In this document: positions 45,049 through 54,064 of the stretch, in pieces
Position numbering within the stretch: position 1 is the stretch's first letter
Layout of the letters: each line of letters opens with the position of its first letter
Source: Vulcanimicrobiaceae bacterium
Lineage (GTDB): Bacteria; Vulcanimicrobiota; Vulcanimicrobiia; Vulcanimicrobiales; Vulcanimicrobiaceae
DNA: 57,811 nt
Reading direction: 5' to 3'
Assembly (NCBI GenBank): GCA_046262675.1
Contig: JBHEMH010000007.1
Coordinates: 1 to 57,811 of the forward strand
Translations under genes and position numbers: made by a program
Notes under the pieces: model-generated
What the model was told of the DNA's origin: nothing
Databases searched by the model: none
Seen by the model: only the letters and a program-made list of their open reading frames with translations

Positions 45049-45852
45049 GTGGACTGGGTTTATGACATGCCGACTTGGCAGTTTGCCGTGCTGGTTTGTG
45101 TCATTTGCATGTGCATAGCCTGCGGCGGCCATATCCTGCTGCGACGGTTTGTCGAGCGCGATCTGCTGGTACGTCACAATAATGTGGCGGGGTTTGTCGC
45201 CTCGCTTGTCGGCGTGATTTACGCAGTTCTGCTGTCCTTCGTCGTGGTCGTGGTTTGGCAAGAATACGATGGTGCGAGCAGCGTCGCGCAGAAAGAGGCC
45301 AGTGCGGTTGCCGATCTCTATCATCTCTCCTATGGATTCCCAGATAAGCTAGGCGCGCACCTTCGCAAAGACCTTGCGGCCTACATCAAGGTCATGCTCA
45401 CGGACGAGTGGCCGATGATGCAGCATGGCAAGAGCAGCGAGAAAGCTGAAGTACTCGGGCACCATGTCCTTCGGCATATCATAAGCTTCCGCCCAGCCGA
45501 TGGAGCGACCGCTCAGATACGCGCCCAGGCGCTTAGCAACGTTCAAACATTCTTTGACGCGCGGCGCGACCGCCTGAACGAAAACCAAACCAGCCTGCCA
45601 CAAATTCTGTGGTTGACGCTTCTCATCGGTGGGATCGTTACCGTTGGCTTTACGTACTTTTTCGGCATGGAGAGCGCACGGTTGCAAATTTCTATGACGG
45701 CGGGGCTGACGATCGTTATCGCCATGATGTTCGTGCTGATCGTTGAGCTTGATTTCCCATTTCGCGGCGATACGAGCGTGCAGCCCGAAATGTGGTCGGA
45801 ACTGGTGCCGGAAATGGCTTCCGGTCTAACCGAGAATGTTTATCGACCGTGA
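45049..45852 (+). CDS. Integral membrane protein, DUF4239-like (tentative family assignment)
   Basis: 267 aa. N-terminal TM pair and C-terminal TM pair flanking a soluble middle region. Start could be Met 45067. Confidence 0.45.
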   Translation: MDWVYDMPTWQFAVLVCVICMCIACGGHILLRRFVERDLLVRHNNVAGFVASLVGVIYAVLLSFVVVVVWQEYDGASSVAQKEASAVADLYHLSYGFPDKLGAHLRKDLAAYIKVMLTDEWPMMQHGKSSEKAEVLGHHVLRHIISFRPADGATAQIRAQALSNVQTFFDARRDRLNENQTSLPQILWLTLLIGGIVTVGFTYFFGMESARLQISMTAGLTIVIAMMFVLIVELDFPFRGDTSVQPEMWSELVPEMASGLTENVYRP

Positions 45853-45870
45853 CCACGCCGCGCCTGACTT

Positions 45871-46566
45871 TTAGGCAATGATGCCGACGGCGCGCGACAC
45901 GACCACGCCGATGGTGACAAACGATGTAAAGGCCTCGGCCATCATGAGCGCTTTGCCGATGCGCGAGAGCGGAAAGGTATCCGCGGGGCTGAATGCCGAT
46001 GCATTTGTAAACGCCAAAAAGAGATAGTCCATAAAAAGCGGTTTCCACTCGGGATCGATGAAGCCCAACTTCGCATCCCCGACCGCCATCTGTGGAAACA
46101 AAAAAGCCGGATCCTGAAACTCGGCGAAGCTGCGCGCGTGTGCGCGCGCCTCCGGGCCACCCGCATCAAGTTCCCAGTACCACATAGCAAAAACGAGAAT
46201 GTTTGTAATCCAGATTTGCAGGCCCGCCGTCAACAATTTCGCGCCATTGCTAAACTGCTGGGACTTCGAGGGATGCAAGATCGCAACGATCAGCAGGACC
46301 ACGGAAATGATGTTGAATAGGTTGAGAACCACAATTGCAGCGATCGATGCCAGGCGCTGCCAGGGACTTTCATGCTTGCGTATCGGGGATACGATCGAAA
46401 GCGGAACGAGGATGACCAAGACCAGCAGCGGTACGATCCAGACCGGTCCAAAAGTCACTTTGGGAGGCAGCGTTACATAGAGCGCGAGCGCTGCGAGCGC
46501 CGCAAGAGAGGCATGCCACCTCGGCTCATCATTTCCCACATACTCGCGTTGGGCTTCACCAGTCAT
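45871..46566 (-). CDS. Integral membrane protein, DUF1345-like (tentative)
   Basis: Multiple TM helices (...LALYVTLPPKVTFGPVWIVPLLVLVILVPL...). Start set at Met 46566. The ORF extends to 46749. Confidence 0.45.
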   Translation of the reverse strand: MTGEAQREYVGNDEPRWHASLAALAALALYVTLPPKVTFGPVWIVPLLVLVILVPLSIVSPIRKHESPWQRLASIAAIVVLNLFNIISVVLLIVAILHPSKSQQFSNGAKLLTAGLQIWITNILVFAMWYWELDAGGPEARAHARSFAEFQDPAFLFPQMAVGDAKLGFIDPEWKPLFMDYLFLAFTNASAFSPADTFPLSRIGKALMMAEAFTSFVTIGVVVSRAVGIIA

Positions 46567-46581
46567 GCCGGCTCCATTCGC

Positions 46582-47490
46582 ATGAATTCCGGACTTTGCT
46601 TGCAAAACTCCGGCATCATGGCGAAAATGCCCCCCCTTGGGGTCGCGGCCGCAGTGGACTATGCGCGCAAATACGATCTTCATGCCATCCTTATAGCTCA
46701 AGATGGCAGCGTAGTACATGAAGAGTACGCCGGCGGCTACGATGCGCAAAAATCACACGCCCTTTACAGCGGCACGAAAAGTTTCTGGGGCGCTGCGGCG
46801 GCCGCCGCGGTGGACGACGGCTTGCTGAGATTTGATGAGCGAGTGAGCGAGACGATAGCGGAGTGGGGCCAGGACGCAGGCAAATCAATCGTCACGATTC
46901 GCGACCTTCTTTCCATGACGGCGGGAGTTCCATTCGGCGGTCTCGGCGCGGGCGTTCCGGCCTATGATGCCGCAATCGCAAAACCCCTTGTAGCCGATCC
47001 GGGAACGGTCTTTACCTATGGCGGGATCTCATTGCAAATCTTCGGAGCGCTTCTCGCACGCAAGCTCGCAGCTAAGAAACAAACACCGCTCGCCTATCTG
47101 CAAGTGCGCCTGTTTGAACCGATCGGTCTGCAGATCGCAAACTGGCGCACCCTCAAAGACGGCACGCACACCTTGCCGACCGGAGCATTTCTGACCGCAC
47201 GCAATTGGGCAAAATTCGGCGCCCTTTTAGCGGCACGGGGAAGCTGGAATACACAGCAACTCATCTCGCGCGCACAGCTCGAGGAGTGTTGGAAACCTGG
47301 CACAATAAATCCGCGCTACGGAATAGGCTTCTGGCTGCACACACTCAAAAACGGAAGGATGATCGCCTACGGATCCGGAGCCGGCAAACAGGCCCTCTAC
47401 ATTTGCCCGGAGGAACAACTGGCCGTAGTGCACTTTGCCGACAGCAAGAGCTTCAATCACGAGCGTTTTCTGCAGCAGCTTCTAGGCTAG
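46582..47490 (+). CDS. Serine hydrolase, beta-lactamase/transpeptidase-like fold
   Basis: SxxK motif (YSGTKSF) and beta-lactamase-family topology. N-terminal start ambiguous: ATG 46582, 46619 or 46628. The upstream ORF extension is rejected. Confidence 0.6.
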   Translation: MNSGLCLQNSGIMAKMPPLGVAAAVDYARKYDLHAILIAQDGSVVHEEYAGGYDAQKSHALYSGTKSFWGAAAAAAVDDGLLRFDERVSETIAEWGQDAGKSIVTIRDLLSMTAGVPFGGLGAGVPAYDAAIAKPLVADPGTVFTYGGISLQIFGALLARKLAAKKQTPLAYLQVRLFEPIGLQIANWRTLKDGTHTLPTGAFLTARNWAKFGALLAARGSWNTQQLISRAQLEECWKPGTINPRYGIGFWLHTLKNGRMIAYGSGAGKQALYICPEEQLAVVHFADSKSFNHERFLQQLLG

Positions 47491-48290
47491 TGCTGGAAAA
47501 GCGTCCCCGCCGAAATCGGTGCAGAGCGCAGCGCGCCTTGCTCCAGGCCCCATTTCTGGATAATCCGGTCGTAACTGCCGTCGGCAACCATCTTGAGAAG
47601 GGCGTTTTGAATTGCATCACGCAGGGCACGGTTGTTTTTCGAAACGGCGATCCCGTAAGGCACCACCCCGAATTGCTTGCCTACGACGTCGAACCGCTTT
47701 CCACCATCGTATGTGCGTGCAATATAGGCAACAACCGGGAAGTCGGAAATATGTGCGACCGACTTTCCCCCCACAATCTGCTTGAACGCTTCTTCATCCG
47801 TGCCGAATGAGAGAATCTTGATCGCACCTAAGCCAACGTCGATGCATTCCTCGGACTGGGCTTTGAGCAGTCCTTCCTGTGATGAACCTTTTTGCAAATC
47901 CACCGCGCGGCCGCACAAATCGCCTAAGCTGTAAATATGCGCAGGGTTTCCCTTTGCGACTAATATGCCGGAACCCGCCAAAAAATAGTCGATAAAGTCC
48001 ACTTGCTTTTCGCGCTGGCGCGTATCGGACATTGCAGACATGATCACATCGAAGCCACCCGATCCTAAGGCGGGAATCATGCTGTTGAAGTCATGGTTGC
48101 GGTAGCTCAGGCCGACGCTCATATGCGCAGCGAGCGCCTGCGCCATGTCGTAATCCAAGCCCATCACTTCATGCGTATGCGGCTTGTAAAATTCGACGGG
48201 GGCGTACGAAATATCGGAGGCAACGCGCAAGGGACCTGAAAAAGCCGCGGCAATAACCATCGCGGCAACGGCAATCGGGTGCATTCGCAC
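47487..48290 (-). CDS. ABC transporter substrate-binding protein, family 3 (polar amino acid type), orphan
   Basis: 267 aa. Signal peptide. SBP_bac_3-like pattern (...YDMAQALAAHMSV...FDVIMSAMSDT...GLLKA...). Confidence 0.7.
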   Translation of the reverse strand: MRMHPIAVAAMVIAAAFSGPLRVASDISYAPVEFYKPHTHEVMGLDYDMAQALAAHMSVGLSYRNHDFNSMIPALGSGGFDVIMSAMSDTRQREKQVDFIDYFLAGSGILVAKGNPAHIYSLGDLCGRAVDLQKGSSQEGLLKAQSEECIDVGLGAIKILSFGTDEEAFKQIVGGKSVAHISDFPVVAYIARTYDGGKRFDVVGKQFGVVPYGIAVSKNNRALRDAIQNALLKMVADGSYDRIIQKWGLEQGALRSAPISAGTLFQH

Positions 48291-48350
48291 GGGATATGCC
48301 GCGAAGGCTCAAGAACCTGCTCTTTAAACCAGCGCGGCTAGGGAGAGATT

Positions 48351-48590
48351 ATGAATCAATATGACAATCTTGCGCAGCGGTATCTCGTAGCCTTGACCGA
48401 TCAGCTCTCCGCGCTCATAAGCGAAAACGACGTCCTGCGTCTGTTGGCCGGCTCCGCCGAAGTCATTGCCGCGACTCCGAATCAGATCGAGCAGACCATG
48501 ACCTCTAATACGGCGCGCATCAAACAACTTACGGGACAGATTGCCGAGATCAGCCACCACATCGCGGACGTCCGCATCAGCGACTTTTAG
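48351..48590 (+). CDS. Small hypothetical protein (79 aa, predicted coiled coil)
   Basis: Strong RBS (GGGAGAG 5 nt upstream of ATG). MNQYDNLAQRYLVALTDQLSALISENDVLRLL... No domain recognised. Confidence 0.45.
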   Translation: MNQYDNLAQRYLVALTDQLSALISENDVLRLLAGSAEVIAATPNQIEQTMTSNTARIKQLTGQIAEISHHIADVRISDF

Positions 48591-49504
48591 GGGCTAGCCG
48601 ATGGCTCGGCTCCCGGCACAAGGGCGTCGGCGGCCGTCCGTGCATTTTGGTCTTGCGCCGCGCGCGAGTGCGGGCCGATTTTCCAAAGCATGATCGCGGC
48701 CTGACCACGCGTGAGCGCCGTTTTCGGTTTGAGCATTGCGATGGCTCCGAATGCCCGCGGAATATTATCAACTCGCCTTGTTGGATCACTACCGCTGCTC
48801 TTGTCGTCGTGATATCCGGTCGCAATCGCACCAACGTATTCCGGGGAGATCGTCTGCTTGTCTTTCCAATCCGGCAGACTGTAGTACCCGAAAGTGGCGT
48901 CCTTTTTGGAAATCACATAGTCAGCATCGACGCCGCCGCGGTCCAGGGCATCCTTAATTGCAAGTGCTTGTTCGCGCGTTATCGTCTGATCAGGCTTAAA
49001 GGTCTTATCCGGAAAACCGACCGAGACACCCGAATCTTGCAATCCTTGAATGTATTGGAAGTCGGCATCGGCGGTCTTTATGTCTTTGAAATTTGAGTCT
49101 TCGCCCTGCGCGGGATGCACGAGTTTATTGGTATCACTTGCCCAGATCGAGTTGTTCGCCTTAAAGAGCCATCGAACAAACTCGCGGCGCGAAACCGGCT
49201 TGCCCGCATTGAACGCGCCGGTCGCATCTCCGAAAACGCCTAACGCCGCAAGCTGAGTGATCTCTTTCTGTCCGAAGACCCCCGTCAAATCCGTGTAACT
49301 CACCGCTTGAGGTGAACTCGAGGATGCCGGCGCCGCAGATGCGGATGTCGCGGGCGAGCTAGACCCGGCCGGAGATGCATTCTCTGCCGGGGAGATCGTT
49401 TCTGCGGGACTCGCCGTTGCCGTGTTGTTCGACTGATCTCCCTTGCTGCATCCGGTCAGAAGCAGGGCAATTACCACAAGCGAAAGGGCGGCCTTCTTCA
49501 ACAT
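48587..49504 (-). CDS. Lipoprotein with three S-layer-homology (SLH) domains
   Basis: Lipobox LLLTGCS. Ser/Ala/Pro-rich linker. Three SLH-like repeats (YTDLTGVFGQKEITQLAALGVF..., FKDIKTADADFQYIQGLQDSGVSVGFPDKTFKPDQTITREQA..., ...YVGAIATGY...). Confidence 0.7.
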   Translation of the reverse strand: MLKKAALSLVVIALLLTGCSKGDQSNNTATASPAETISPAENASPAGSSSPATSASAAPASSSSPQAVSYTDLTGVFGQKEITQLAALGVFGDATGAFNAGKPVSRREFVRWLFKANNSIWASDTNKLVHPAQGEDSNFKDIKTADADFQYIQGLQDSGVSVGFPDKTFKPDQTITREQALAIKDALDRGGVDADYVISKKDATFGYYSLPDWKDKQTISPEYVGAIATGYHDDKSSGSDPTRRVDNIPRAFGAIAMLKPKTALTRGQAAIMLWKIGPHSRAAQDQNARTAADALVPGAEPSASP

Positions 49505-49668
49505 CGTTCTCCTAGAAAAAGCTCGGTAGAGCGCCCGTGTTCTGCACGGAATCGACGGGTCCCGGCGGAGGGGCGAAGGCGTCGTCCACTATTTATCTGT
49601 GCTCAAGTGCGGACAGGACGCGAAGAACGTGTGTTGAATGCAACGCGGTCGCCGGGATGGCGCCTTTT

Positions 49669-49744
49669 GCCAAGATAGCTCAGTCGGTAGAGCATACGCC
49701 TGAAAAGCGTGGGGTCCCCGGTTCAAATCCGGGTCTTGGCACCA
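49669..49744 (+). tRNA. tRNA-Phe (GAA), CCA encoded
   Basis: GCCAAGATAGCTCAGTCGGTAGAGCATACGCCTGAAAAGCGTGGGGTCCCCGGTTCAAATCCGGGTCTTGGCACCA. Canonical cloverleaf with anticodon loop CTGAAAA. Confidence 0.9.
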
Positions 49745-49749
49745 ATCTT

Positions 49750-49786
49750 AACCGCTCGAGTTGATTTTCGGGCGGTTTTTTTATTG
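49750..49786 (+). terminator. Probable rho-independent terminator after tRNA-Phe (ACCGC...GCGGT stem followed by TTTTTTT)
   Basis: aACCGCtcgagttgattttcgGGCGGTTTTTTTatt. Confidence 0.45.
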
Positions 49787-49840
49787 GTGATCTTGCACTT
49801 TGCCATACACGTGGCACGGTCATGTGCAATACTTTCTCTT

Positions 49841-50407
49841 ATGAAACTGGAACTCATTTGCAGGTCATGCGGAACGGAGAAGATTCGACTACGAAACGGA
49901 ATCCGGCGTTGTCCGGTTTGTCGTCGAGTCCGTGCTCGTAACTACTACCATGAAAGTGGTAAGCGGCGAGCAAATCAGCGGCGTAACGATATTTTCCGCA
50001 AGTACGGTATGACAATCGAAGACCTGGAAAAGCTGTTCACTCGTCAATCCAAGCGGTGCGCGATCTGCCGCCGAGACTGGAAAGAGTGCAAACTTGCAAA
50101 GCGCTCACGCTACGAAGAATCATTCCTGCAGTATCTCTACGTCGATCACGATCACGTTACGGGCAAAGTAAGAGGCCTCCTTTGTAACAACTGTAATGCG
50201 GGTATTGCTTATCTGAGCGAAGACGAGGTGCGCATGCGAAATGCAATCGCCTACCTTCGCAAGCACAAGCCCACGGCCGCTAAAACCGGCTCAACCGCTA
50301 CATGCGATGCAGAGATGGTTTCAGCGCCGCCGCGGACTCGGCGATCTGCAAATACGCCGCCCGGTGTGCCGCGTTCGTGGCACGCGGCTTTGGAATGCCG
50401 TCCATGA
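49841..50407 (+). CDS. Endonuclease VII-like (phage T4 gp49 / Endonuclease_7 family) HNH-type nuclease
   Basis: Start at internal ATG 49841 (MKLELICRSCG...). Signature ...RCAICRRDWKECKLAKRSRYEESFLQYLYVDHDHVTGKVRGLLCNNCNAGIAYL. Visibly lower GC than flanking genes. The C-terminal about 45 aa are low-complexity, so the 3' end is uncertain. Confidence 0.65.
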   Translation: MKLELICRSCGTEKIRLRNGIRRCPVCRRVRARNYYHESGKRRANQRRNDIFRKYGMTIEDLEKLFTRQSKRCAICRRDWKECKLAKRSRYEESFLQYLYVDHDHVTGKVRGLLCNNCNAGIAYLSEDEVRMRNAIAYLRKHKPTAAKTGSTATCDAEMVSAPPRTRRSANTPPGVPRSWHAALECRP

Positions 50408-50520
50408 AGAAGTATTGCCCGGTTGCGTCTTCGGCACGGGCGCGCCCCAGGTAGGACAAGCAGCGGCTGGGCGAAGTTTTTGCGCAAGGTTTGTCTTCCA
50501 CACAACTGAAGATCAGCGCA

Positions 50521-50856
50521 ATGGATAGCTCCCTAGAAGCATTCGAGCTTCTCGACATCCGCGTGGGTACCATCGTCGCTGCTGAGCGGTTTCCCGAGGC
50601 GCGCAAGCCGGCTTACAAGCTAACCGTCGATTTCGGCAGCGATATCGGTATTCGCCGTTCGAGCGCGCAAATCACCGGACACTATTCATCCGAAGAGCTT
50701 CCCGGCAAACAAGTTCTTGCGGTCCTCAACTTTCCGCCGAAACGCATCGCCGGATTTCCCAGCGAAATTCTCGTGCTCGGCCTCCCAGACGAAAAAGGCG
50801 CGGTCGTGCTTATCCGGCCCGATAAACCCGTCCCGAACGGCGGCCGACTGTATTAA
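50521..50856 (+). CDS. tRNA-binding protein (CsaA/Trbp111-like EMAP-type tRNA-binding domain)
   Basis: [51 protein letters not shown]... Start at Met 50521. The ORF starts at 50491. Confidence 0.7.
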   Translation: MDSSLEAFELLDIRVGTIVAAERFPEARKPAYKLTVDFGSDIGIRRSSAQITGHYSSEELPGKQVLAVLNFPPKRIAGFPSEILVLGLPDEKGAVVLIRPDKPVPNGGRLY

Positions 50857-50917
50857 GTAGCGAAACCTTCAGAAATCCAACCGGTTCCTAAAATGAAAAC
50901 ACGCGTGAGGAAATTGT

Positions 50918-53900
50918 TTGAACAACTTCTTTATTAGCAGGCCCGTCTTTGCAACGGTTTGTTCTGCGGTCATCCTGCTGATCGGCCTCGTTTCCATTCC
51001 GACGCTGCCGATCGCCGAGTATCCCAAGATTGCGCCGCCCGTCGTAACGGTGAGTGCCTTCTTTACCGGCGCGAACGCAGAGACTGTTGAGTCAGGGGTG
51101 ACCACGCCGCTGGAACAAGCGATCAACGGCGTGCAAGGTCTGCGTTTTCTCACCTCAAGCAGCGGAAATAACGGACAGTCCACCATCACGTGCACGTTCA
51201 ACTTGGGCGTCGATCTCGATCAAGCGGCGAACGACGTGCAGAATGCCGTCAACTCCGCGCTCGGGCGTTTGCCGAATGAGGTAAAGCAAACGGGCGTCAC
51301 CGTCAGCAAAAACTCCGGCTCATTTACGATGGCGGTCGCGCTTACTTCAACCAACCAGAAGTACGACTCACTCTTCCTTAGCAATTATGCCGATCTGCAA
51401 ATCAGGAACAGTCTTAAACGCGTCGCGGGCGTCGGCGATATTTTGATTTTTGGCGAGCGCAAGTACGCGATGCGCTTGTGGCTGGATCCAATCAAGCTCC
51501 AGCAGAATAAAATTGCAGCCTCGGATGTGGTACTCGCGCTTCAAGACCAGAACGTCCAGGTCGCCGCGGGCGCGATTGGTGCAGCCCCTTCGCCGCCAAA
51601 CCAACCTTACACGCTGAATGTTCGAGCCGTTGGCCGCATGAGCACGCCGCAGGAATTTTCACAAATGATCCTGCGAGCGGATCCCGACGGCGGTTTCGTG
51701 CGGCTCTCCGATGTCGGCCGCGTGGAACTCGGAGCCGAAAACTACGCGAGCCAAATTCACTTTTCAGGCAAGACCGCTATCGGTCTTGGCGTGCTGCAAC
51801 TGTCCACCGCGAATGCGCTTCAACTTTCGCAGGGCATCCGAAGCACGATGGATGAGCTCTCAAAGAAGTTCCCGCCGGGCGTCAGCTACGAAGTTGGTTT
51901 CGACACGGCGGATTTCGTGAACGAGTCGATTCGCGAGGTACTCATAACGCTGCTCATCGCAATCGTTCTCGTGGTACTTGTCATCTATTTATTTTTGCAG
52001 GATTGGCGTACGACGCTCATTCCATTTATTACGATTCCCATCTCGCTGATCGGGACGTTCGGCTTGCTCAAGGCGTTCGGGTTTTCCATTAACACCCTCA
52101 CGCTCTTTGGTCTAACGCTTGCCACCGGTCTGGTTGTCGACGACGCAATCGTCGTCATCGAGAATATTGCCCGCTACGTGGAAGACAAGGGTGTCGAGTC
52201 CTACGAGGGCGCCGCCGCAGCGATGAAAGAAATTACGGGCGCGGTCATCGCAACCTCACTGGTGCTTCTAGCGGTCTTTGTTCCGGTCGCTTTCTTCCCG
52301 GGAACAACGGGACAACTCTACAAACAATTCGCGCTGACGATCGCCTGCGCGATTACAATCTCGGCCTTTAATGCGCTCACGTTGACACCGGCGCTTGCGG
52401 CGATGTTCATGTCCAAAGGCGTCAACCGGCCGCATGCCAGATTTTTCGATCGGGTCAATGCGATCATCGGCGGGACGCGCGCCGCGTATCACAACGCCTT
52501 ACCAAAGGTTCTTTCGCGCACGGGGGCGGTCGTGGGTGTTTTCGTCGTCGGCTTGATTCTTACGGTCGTCCTCTTCCGCACCACGCCTACGGCATTTATT
52601 CCCGATGAAGATCAGGGTTTCTTCATCGTGACGGTGCAGACGCCCGAAGGCAGTTCGCTTGATAAAACCCTCGCAGTCATGCGTAAGGTCGAGGCGATGG
52701 TGCGCCGGCAACCGGAAGTCAGAGCCGATTTTGCGGTGACCGGCTTTAGCTTTAGCGGATCGGGGCCAAGCCGCGGCATCATGTTCGTGCGCCTCGCACC
52801 GTGGGGCGATCGTAAAGGCTCGGACCATACACTTAATGCCGTACTTGGCCGTTTGCGCGGCCCGCTCTTTATGATCCCGAACGCACAAGTCTTTGCCTTT
52901 AATCCGCCGCCCGTTCAAGGCATCGGCTCAATCGGGGGTTTTCAGTTTGAACTGGAAGATCGCGGAAACGTCGGCCTTCCAACGCTTATGAGCACGGCGT
53001 TCGGTTACATGGGCCTCGGGAATCAAGACCCGGCACTTACAAGCGTCTACACAACCTTTCGTCTAAATAGTCCGCAGCTCGTCCTCAATGTCGATCGCAA
53101 TAAGGCGCTCGCGTTGCACGTGCCCTTGCAGAACATCTTCAGCACGCTGCAAATTGATCTGGGCTCCGCGTACGTGAACGATTTCGATTACCTGAGCCGT
53201 TCATATCGCGTCTACGTGCAAGCGGATGCGCCCTACCGCTCGACCGTTCCCGATTTGAATGAACTGTACGTGCGAAGTCTTGCCGGCAACGTGATGCCGA
53301 TCACGCAACTCGTCTCCGTTTCAAGGCAATTGACCGCGCCCGTCATCACGCATTACAACCTCTACCGCTCGATTGAAATCAACGGGCAAGCAAGTCCCGG
53401 ACACGGGTCGGGTCAGGCGATCATCGCCATGCAAGATATTGCACACAAAATTGATCCGCCGGGCGTCAATTATGAATGGTCGGGCCTCTCGCTTGATGAG
53501 ATTCAATCCGGCGGTCAAACGGCCCTCATCTTCGGTCTCGGCATCGTCTTCGTGTTTCTTGTGCTCGCGGCAAAATATGAGAGCTTCACCGATCCGCTTG
53601 TGATCTTGCTCGCGGTGCCGATGGCGATTCTTGGCGCGTTGCTAGCGCTCAAGCTTATGGGCTTGCAGAGCGACGTCTTCGCCCAGGTCGGTTACGTTAT
53701 GCTCATCGGTCTAGCAAGTAAGAACGGTATTTTGATCGTTGAGTTTGCAAATCAACTGCGAGAGCGGGGAGCGGACATCATCACGGCTGCAAAACAGTCC
53801 GCAGAAACCCGGCTTCGTCCTATTTTGATGACATCACTTGCATTCACATTGGGCGTCGTACCGCTCGTTCTAGCATCCGGCGCCGGCAGCGCCTCGCGGC

Positions 53901-54064
53901 ATTCACTCGGTACCGCGGTTTTCGGCGGCATGATTGTCTCGACGTTCTTGAGTCTGTTTATTGTGCCGGTCCTCTACGTATTAATTGAAACCGCAAAGGA
54001 CCGCGTGCGCCCGCCTGGTCGCCGGTTTGCTCCCCTTACGACTAAGGAGCCGGATTTAACCTAG
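50918..54064 (+). CDS. RND efflux transporter permease, HAE1/AcrB family
   Basis: 1048 aa, 12-TM AcrB architecture. TTG start with GAGGAAA RBS. No membrane-fusion or outer-membrane-factor gene adjacent. Confidence 0.9.
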   Translation: MNNFFISRPVFATVCSAVILLIGLVSIPTLPIAEYPKIAPPVVTVSAFFTGANAETVESGVTTPLEQAINGVQGLRFLTSSSGNNGQSTITCTFNLGVDLDQAANDVQNAVNSALGRLPNEVKQTGVTVSKNSGSFTMAVALTSTNQKYDSLFLSNYADLQIRNSLKRVAGVGDILIFGERKYAMRLWLDPIKLQQNKIAASDVVLALQDQNVQVAAGAIGAAPSPPNQPYTLNVRAVGRMSTPQEFSQMILRADPDGGFVRLSDVGRVELGAENYASQIHFSGKTAIGLGVLQLSTANALQLSQGIRSTMDELSKKFPPGVSYEVGFDTADFVNESIREVLITLLIAIVLVVLVIYLFLQDWRTTLIPFITIPISLIGTFGLLKAFGFSINTLTLFGLTLATGLVVDDAIVVIENIARYVEDKGVESYEGAAAAMKEITGAVIATSLVLLAVFVPVAFFPGTTGQLYKQFALTIACAITISAFNALTLTPALAAMFMSKGVNRPHARFFDRVNAIIGGTRAAYHNALPKVLSRTGAVVGVFVVGLILTVVLFRTTPTAFIPDEDQGFFIVTVQTPEGSSLDKTLAVMRKVEAMVRRQPEVRADFAVTGFSFSGSGPSRGIMFVRLAPWGDRKGSDHTLNAVLGRLRGPLFMIPNAQVFAFNPPPVQGIGSIGGFQFELEDRGNVGLPTLMSTAFGYMGLGNQDPALTSVYTTFRLNSPQLVLNVDRNKALALHVPLQNIFSTLQIDLGSAYVNDFDYLSRSYRVYVQADAPYRSTVPDLNELYVRSLAGNVMPITQLVSVSRQLTAPVITHYNLYRSIEINGQASPGHGSGQAIIAMQDIAHKIDPPGVNYEWSGLSLDEIQSGGQTALIFGLGIVFVFLVLAAKYESFTDPLVILLAVPMAILGALLALKLMGLQSDVFAQVGYVMLIGLASKNGILIVEFANQLRERGADIITAAKQSAETRLRPILMTSLAFTLGVVPLVLASGAGSASRHSLGTAVFGGMIVSTFLSLFIVPVLYVLIETAKDRVRPPGRRFAPLTTKEPDLT

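Noticed and set aside
50230-50610. Cluster of overlapping 60-100 aa ORFs on both strands between the EndoVII-like gene and csaA
   Set aside because: Mutually exclusive, low-complexity translations. Probably non-coding, or the degenerate 3' end of the EndoVII-like gene.
50869-51201. 110-aa minus ORF overlapping the start of the RND permease
   Set aside because: Antisense to a 1048-aa gene with unmistakable AcrB features.
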